A stretch of DNA of 64,000 nucleotides from a virus. Its lineage: Duplodnaviria; Caudoviricetes. Made by a program: the position numbers and the translations under genes. The number at the start of each line of letters is the position of its first letter. Within the stretch, counting starts at the first letter, position 1. A model generated the notes under the pieces. It did no database searches and was not told where the DNA came from. It was given only the letters and a program-made list of their open reading frames with translations. Below are positions 59,023 to 64,000 of this stretch, piece by piece. The DNA lies in the IMG/VR virus record IMGVR_UViG_3300017989_000087, positions 22,829 through 86,828 of that record. One strand, written 5' to 3'.

Positions 59023-59490
59023 CTAACACACCCTTGCACGCTTACACAAAAACTTATAATCAAAATTATATTCGTGATACTTTCCAGAAGTATAAACCCA
59101 TTCCAGTTGATACTGGTCTAAATAATGGTCTATATTGCTGCATAAAACTTGAGGATATGCAACGTCTAAAATATCATTCATTGCAAAATATGTGTTATTG
59201 AATCCGTCTGGATATCTCACATTTGACCAAAATGTTTTAAGCTTATCAATCTCAACAACAAATGTGTAATCATCTCCAGTTATATAATAAGTGTGAATTA
59301 CTGCAGTTGCTCTTGTTATTGCAAAATTAGATTTGTTTATATACTCGATTGCTGCTGTTTTATTTAGATTATTTTCTTCCACATCCTCATTTTCATGTAA
59401 TACTACCAAGCTCATATAACTAACAGAAAGAAAAAATATAAAGCAAACAACCATTGCCAACAAAAATAAACTTGTTTTATCCATTTTCAA
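59023..59490 (-). CDS. Membrane-anchored protein
   Basis: N-terminal TM helix LFLLAMVVCFIFFLSVSYMSLVVL. Confidence 0.55.
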   Translation of the reverse strand: MKMDKTSLFLLAMVVCFIFFLSVSYMSLVVLHENEDVEENNLNKTAAIEYINKSNFAITRATAVIHTYYITGDDYTFVVEIDKLKTFWSNVRYPDGFNNTYFAMNDILDVAYPQVLCSNIDHYLDQYQLEWVYTSGKYHEYNFDYKFLCKRARVC

Positions 59491-61208
59491 AACCTTAACC
59501 CCATCTCTTTTTTGTAGAATCTAAACAATTCCCTGCCAAGATATTTTGTGTCTGATATGATTATACAATTTCCTCTCCCATATAAATTTTCCATTCTATT
59601 CTTTGTACCGTTATCATTTCTTCCTATGTAAATACCCAATACCTTTATTCCCCTTTCTCTTATAATACCGACCATTTGCTTTGCCTGAGTTTCTGCATCA
59701 GAAGATAATCCAAGATAATTTTCTCCATTCATATCTGCCATCGAAACATTCGCAAATCCATCTTCCAGAACAATCAATAACTTGTTAGATTTGGATGCTT
59801 CATCAAGTAAGTGCATAGATGTTTTTAATGCAAAAGGTGTTGGTGTGTTTCCACCACATGGTATCTTTTCAAAATAATCTTTGTCTACTGGTTCTTCCCA
59901 CATCTTTATATTTTCTATGTTTTTGACTCCACTACCAATTTCTCTATAACCAATAACAGAAACATTATCGCCTAATTGTTCAGCAACATATGATATTGCA
60001 TACCCTGCCTTAACAACATCCTTCATCATACCCGACATGCTACCAGAACAATCAACAGCTAAACATATTGCTCTATCACCCGGTCTTGATTTGTGTTCAT
60101 CCCAATATAATCTCTGGTCACTACTTCCACACTTGAACCTTATATATTTCCTGACATTTATCTTTCTTCCACGTTTGGCAATACTCCTTGATGTTGCCGT
60201 CTTTATTTTTCTCAATAAACTATCGAGTTCGGATATAACCTGTTGAGCATTTATACTATTATTTTTTCTCTTTGGTTTTGACTTTCCTCTCAACCTACTG
60301 ATAATTTCTTTTGCGTCATGATCCATTATATGATTTTGAATTGCTTTCTTCATAGCTTTTGCCAATCCCTTTGATGTACCATCATTAGAACTGGTTGATG
60401 AAGCATTTGAACTGATATCCCCTTCAATATCCTTTAGCTTATCTTCCAATGATTTTGGCAAGTTGCCAATAGGAACACCATTTCCATCTCCATCGCTGGT
60501 TAGCATTACCTTGCCCCCAGACATATTTAATTTCATAACTTTAGGAGGATTTATACCAAGCTTTATTCCTTCATTAACCAAGTATTGTGCAAAGCTTCTC
60601 CTTGTTTTAAAATCATCAACAGTCCTAACATGCCTCAATATACCCTTTACCTTTTTGAAGAATGCTATTTCATCATCCTCTGCATAACCCTTTATAATTC
60701 CCTTTGCATTTATTTGAAGAACTCCCTCAACAATCCTATCGGTCTTGCTCATGTCTTTATCCAGTTCTGTTCTCAACTTATCAAATGCAATATCACCAAC
60801 AAATTTTTCATTGATTCTCATACCGGGATATTTCAATCCTCTTGTATAATCAATCCTGCTATCTTCCACAAGATTTAACATAAGCTTTGCCCACGTACTT
60901 GAATTATGTTCATTCAAGAATTCTTCCATTTGTTCATCTGTATTTCCGTTGTTTATGTGTTCACATTCATGAGCCAATGTATCAAGAATTATCCTGTAAT
61001 AATCTTCTTCATTATCTATCTCAACAGGAAATTCTGATATAGATATTTCGCTTCCATCTGTGCTTGACGTTCCCGACAATGGATTAAAATATGTTGGTAT
61101 GTTTCTTCCACAGTATATATCTGTTATGCTTGTAAGGAAATCTGATATTGCTTCCTTCTTTAATTCTTCAAGCTCAGACGCAGTTAATTCAATCTCCATA
61201 TTAATCAA
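59487..61208 (-). CDS. von Willebrand A domain protein (CobT/NorD-like) with N-terminal HExxH
   Basis: LAHECEH, NLVEDSRI, VDCSGSM MIDAS, GGNTPT, LEDG. Confidence 0.85.
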   Translation of the reverse strand: MINMEIELTASELEELKKEAISDFLTSITDIYCGRNIPTYFNPLSGTSSTDGSEISISEFPVEIDNEEDYYRIILDTLAHECEHINNGNTDEQMEEFLNEHNSSTWAKLMLNLVEDSRIDYTRGLKYPGMRINEKFVGDIAFDKLRTELDKDMSKTDRIVEGVLQINAKGIIKGYAEDDEIAFFKKVKGILRHVRTVDDFKTRRSFAQYLVNEGIKLGINPPKVMKLNMSGGKVMLTSDGDGNGVPIGNLPKSLEDKLKDIEGDISSNASSTSSNDGTSKGLAKAMKKAIQNHIMDHDAKEIISRLRGKSKPKRKNNSINAQQVISELDSLLRKIKTATSRSIAKRGRKINVRKYIRFKCGSSDQRLYWDEHKSRPGDRAICLAVDCSGSMSGMMKDVVKAGYAISYVAEQLGDNVSVIGYREIGSGVKNIENIKMWEEPVDKDYFEKIPCGGNTPTPFALKTSMHLLDEASKSNKLLIVLEDGFANVSMADMNGENYLGLSSDAETQAKQMVGIIRERGIKVLGIYIGRNDNGTKNRMENLYGRGNCIIISDTKYLGRELFRFYKKEMGLRF

Positions 61209-61506
61209 CTATGCTGTATATTTCTTCTGGCGACTCATCTTTCATATTCCAAATAACAACATTGCAAGATTCTCCCTCTTGCAAATGTTCTCTTATAACA
61301 CCATTTGATATACAATTTTTGCAATACATTCTTGGCTTCATTCTGTGCTCATAACCACGCTTATTCCATTTGTCGTTTCTGAAATTCTTTTTTCCATCTT
61401 TGAATATCCATACTATTCTCGTTTCCTTTGTAGAACCACAGTTTTCACATACGCCTACAATTCTATCGAGAACATAACCCATGCTTTCTTTAGGCAAAAT
61501 TATCAC
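61201..61506 (-). CDS. Zinc-finger protein
   Basis: CENCG...CKNC; GAGGTGA RBS. Confidence 0.55.
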   Translation of the reverse strand: MIILPKESMGYVLDRIVGVCENCGSTKETRIVWIFKDGKKNFRNDKWNKRGYEHRMKPRMYCKNCISNGVIREHLQEGESCNVVIWNMKDESPEEIYSIVD

Positions 61507-61825
61507 CTCATTTTATTTTTCTTGAAGACTCTACATATCCCAAAAAATTTCCACAATACTTGCACACATAATCCTCTGGAACTATATCAAATCCAAGAAG
61601 GGATGCATCTCTTTTATTCGTCACATAAATAGTTCTGCATCTCTTACAGAAATATATTTCTATTTTCACTTCTTGTTACTCTCCATTTTCACAATACTAT
61701 CTCTTGATATTATATAATATCCTCTGTCACCATAAGGGTGCAGATGAATTTTATCACCAAGATCTACGACTTTCCCGTGTTCATCACGCATTCCATACTG
61801 TGTTTTCCATCTTACATACATAAAA

Positions 61826-63028
61826 TCACAAGTTCTCAATTTCTTCCATTATTTTATCTATATCAATATCTTCGTCATCAGATGAACTTTCTTTGTATTC
61901 CTCATCTCTCTTCTTCTGTTCTACTTCGTCCATTGATACTCCCTTAAGATGCTCGACTATATTCCTAACCTTTATCTCATCTTCGCCAGAATAATGATTA
62001 ATTACAACCATCTCTCCAGCTTTCATCAATGGATTTTTTATTCCATTTTCGCTTAGAACCGTTGCTATATTTGCCCACCTTAATAGCCTTCTTGTTGATA
62101 GTCCCTTTTCAATTCTCTGTTGTTCATTTTCTGATGACCTTCTAATGCTATTAGCAACATCTACCATTCTTTCAGCAAGGTCATTGTATATTCCGCATCT
62201 GTTCTTTAGCAATTCAATTTCTGATGTAGAATCCAGATAATCAATCTTTATGATATCAAACCTGTCGAGAAATGCCTTATCCAATGGATTCACATAATGT
62301 TGCGTTCCTATGTTTGCAGTTGCTATTACTGCAAGATTATCCTTGTTTCCTCTTATAACTTCCCCGCCTCTTTCATGTATTACACAACTGCATCTGTCAT
62401 CAAGCAATGGGAAGAACACGGATTGGACATTTGTCTCAAGTCTGTTTATTTCATCAATGAAAAGAATACACTTTCTTTTCTGCGAACACATCAATACCTT
62501 TGGAATTATACCATCAACCCAAATTGTGTTATCACCAAGTTGCATTGGAAAACCAATTAAATCCTCAACACGAGTGTCGGGTGTTCCCTGAATAGTATAG
62601 AAAGGCATATTCTCTTCTTCTGCCAACCTTCTTATTGATTCAGTCTTTCCACTTCCAGTATCTCCTTCCATCAAGATACTTGTTTTGAACATTATGGCTC
62701 TTATCTTATCCATCAAACCAAACGGATCGACAAACTCTTTCACATCAGATGGAACCATATTCTGAAAATTATAATCTCTGGATACCGGAAGATTCTTTAC
62801 ATTTGTGTTTCCATTTGACACAACGTTCTTTGACTTTTCGCTTAGATACCAACGATAATTTCTCGATTCATTTGTTCTTGATACAAGATCTTGTTCTTCG
62901 AGAGACATACACGCTTTTCTAACACCTTGATATGTCATCTCAAGTTCTCTCTCAAGATTCTTCGTGGTTTTAGAACCACTCTCCAAACTCCTGAGAATTT
63001 TCCTTTCCGTTTCAGACAACTTATTCAT
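61826..63028 (-). CDS. MoxR/CbbQ-like AAA+ ATPase with N-terminal winged HTH
   Basis: GDTGSGKT, DLIG, FIDEINR, IATAN, LDKAFLDRF, STRRL. Confidence 0.88.
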   Translation of the reverse strand: MNKLSETERKILRSLESGSKTTKNLERELEMTYQGVRKACMSLEEQDLVSRTNESRNYRWYLSEKSKNVVSNGNTNVKNLPVSRDYNFQNMVPSDVKEFVDPFGLMDKIRAIMFKTSILMEGDTGSGKTESIRRLAEEENMPFYTIQGTPDTRVEDLIGFPMQLGDNTIWVDGIIPKVLMCSQKRKCILFIDEINRLETNVQSVFFPLLDDRCSCVIHERGGEVIRGNKDNLAVIATANIGTQHYVNPLDKAFLDRFDIIKIDYLDSTSEIELLKNRCGIYNDLAERMVDVANSIRRSSENEQQRIEKGLSTRRLLRWANIATVLSENGIKNPLMKAGEMVVINHYSGEDEIKVRNIVEHLKGVSMDEVEQKKRDEEYKESSSDDEDIDIDKIMEEIENL

Positions 63029-63032
63029 TTAA

Positions 63033-63434
63033 TCACCCATACGCAAGTTCATTTTCTTCTTTCTCTTCAGGCACGTTATTTCCATCGCTTGCAGGATTGA
63101 AAAACTTTATGCTTCCCATCTTGAGCGACTTTTCAAGCAACATCATTTCTCTCATCTTAGTTGTGTTTGAATCAATCAAATCGGTTGCCGAATAAAGTAC
63201 CTTTATTAATTCATTCACATTTTCGTCTTTGCTTAATTCGGATTTATATAAAATCCTGACTATACTACTTATCAATGATTGAGTGCTTATCATCATTTCA
63301 GTAAGCGAATATAGCTTACTATCAAGTTGTGCAATAGCAATTTGTGAAGAATCAAAATCTTCACCACTCAACATCTTTTCAACTGTTTCTTTATCTATTT
63401 TCATTTTATTCATCTTCCAAATCCAGATACGCAA
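63033..63434 (-). CDS. Hypothetical protein
   Basis: Operonic ORF upstream of the AAA ATPase. Confidence 0.5.
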   Translation of the reverse strand: MRIWIWKMNKMKIDKETVEKMLSGEDFDSSQIAIAQLDSKLYSLTEMMISTQSLISSIVRILYKSELSKDENVNELIKVLYSATDLIDSNTTKMREMMLLEKSLKMGSIKFFNPASDGNNVPEEKEENELAYG

Positions 63435-63560
63435 TCACATATGGTTTTATAGGACAGTTATCACATTCCTTACTATTTAATCTTTCCTTGCAATGCTCTT
63501 CTATGAAGATAAGGAACCTTCTTCGATTAACACCAAGGTTGATATTATCTCCCTTGTCTA

Positions 63561-63767
63561 TTATTTTAACCATCTTTTTTCATTATCTCCCCTGTGATGA
63601 CAATCAAGACAAAATGCATTCACAAATTTTCTTTGTAACTCAACCGATGGATGAACTACCTTTCCATATGAATTTGTGGTTTCCATAAATATAACTCTTT
63701 CCATTATCTCAACATGGAAGGAACCGCACTTTGGACATTTGTACTTTGCTCTCTTATATTCAATCAT
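63561..63767 (-). CDS. Zinc-ribbon protein
   Basis: CPKCGS...CLDCH; GAGGGG RBS. Confidence 0.55.
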   Translation of the reverse strand: MIEYKRAKYKCPKCGSFHVEIMERVIFMETTNSYGKVVHPSVELQRKFVNAFCLDCHHRGDNEKRWLK

Positions 63768-63835
63768 AAAATCCCCTCAGTTAAATTCGCCAGAACAACT
63801 ATAACCAATACCCCCATACCCACACCCCATCTTAC

Positions 63836-63955
63836 ATTATATAATAATAATATAATAATAATAATATATTAATAGTGGTATTGCCTTAATGACGGTTTAA
63901 TTATATAATAACATTACTATAAACTATTAACCCTTTTAGGGTTATGTATATATAG
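63836..63955. promoter_or_regulatory. AT-rich non-coding region with (ATA)n tract, 7-bp hairpin and TATA-like boxes
   Basis: ataataataatataataataataatat; TAACCCT-TTT-AGGGTTA at 63928-63944; located upstream of the first - strand gene. Confidence 0.4.
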
Positions 63956-64000
63956 CCTCACGCATCTCTATCATCTTCAAAATTATACCATGTTATAGCG

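Noticed and set aside
14000-63700. Numerous 60-175-aa + strand ORFs in the track
   Set aside because: They are antisense to well-supported, tightly packed - strand genes and lack RBS motifs and recognisable domains.

Overview
This AT-rich window is most consistent with part of the genome of a large tailed archaeal virus (or provirus) infecting an anaerobic host. Support: GGTGA/GAGGTG ribosome-binding sites, an archaemetzincin-like protease, an ERCC4 nuclease, an MCM-like ATPase, an RPA-like OB-fold protein, PolB and a class III ribonucleotide reductase. Bases 1-13.9 kb (+ strand) are a tail/adhesion module, converging on about 50 kb of - strand genes for replication, nucleotide metabolism, RNA repair and a large glycosylation/sulfation cluster. 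Top observations: (1) two paralogous ~260-aa proteins with ~70 Cys each, packed with CX3D motifs, lie directly upstream of a radical SAM/SPASM enzyme inside the tail module, suggesting a giant RiPP-like or thioether-stapling system; (2) a 28-nt hairpin insert with a bulge-helix-bulge-like fold interrupts a glycosyltransferase, and its removal restores the frame and an ungapped match to the neighbouring paralog, making it a candidate viral mRNA intron; (3) a PAPS-synthesis plus four-sulfotransferase and glycosyltransferase cluster; (4) a tRNA-like gene with an 8-nt anticodon loop lacking U33; (5) a 1440-aa fibre protein with ~48 tandem 14-aa Trp repeats. All family assignments come from motif recognition by eye; no database searches were run.
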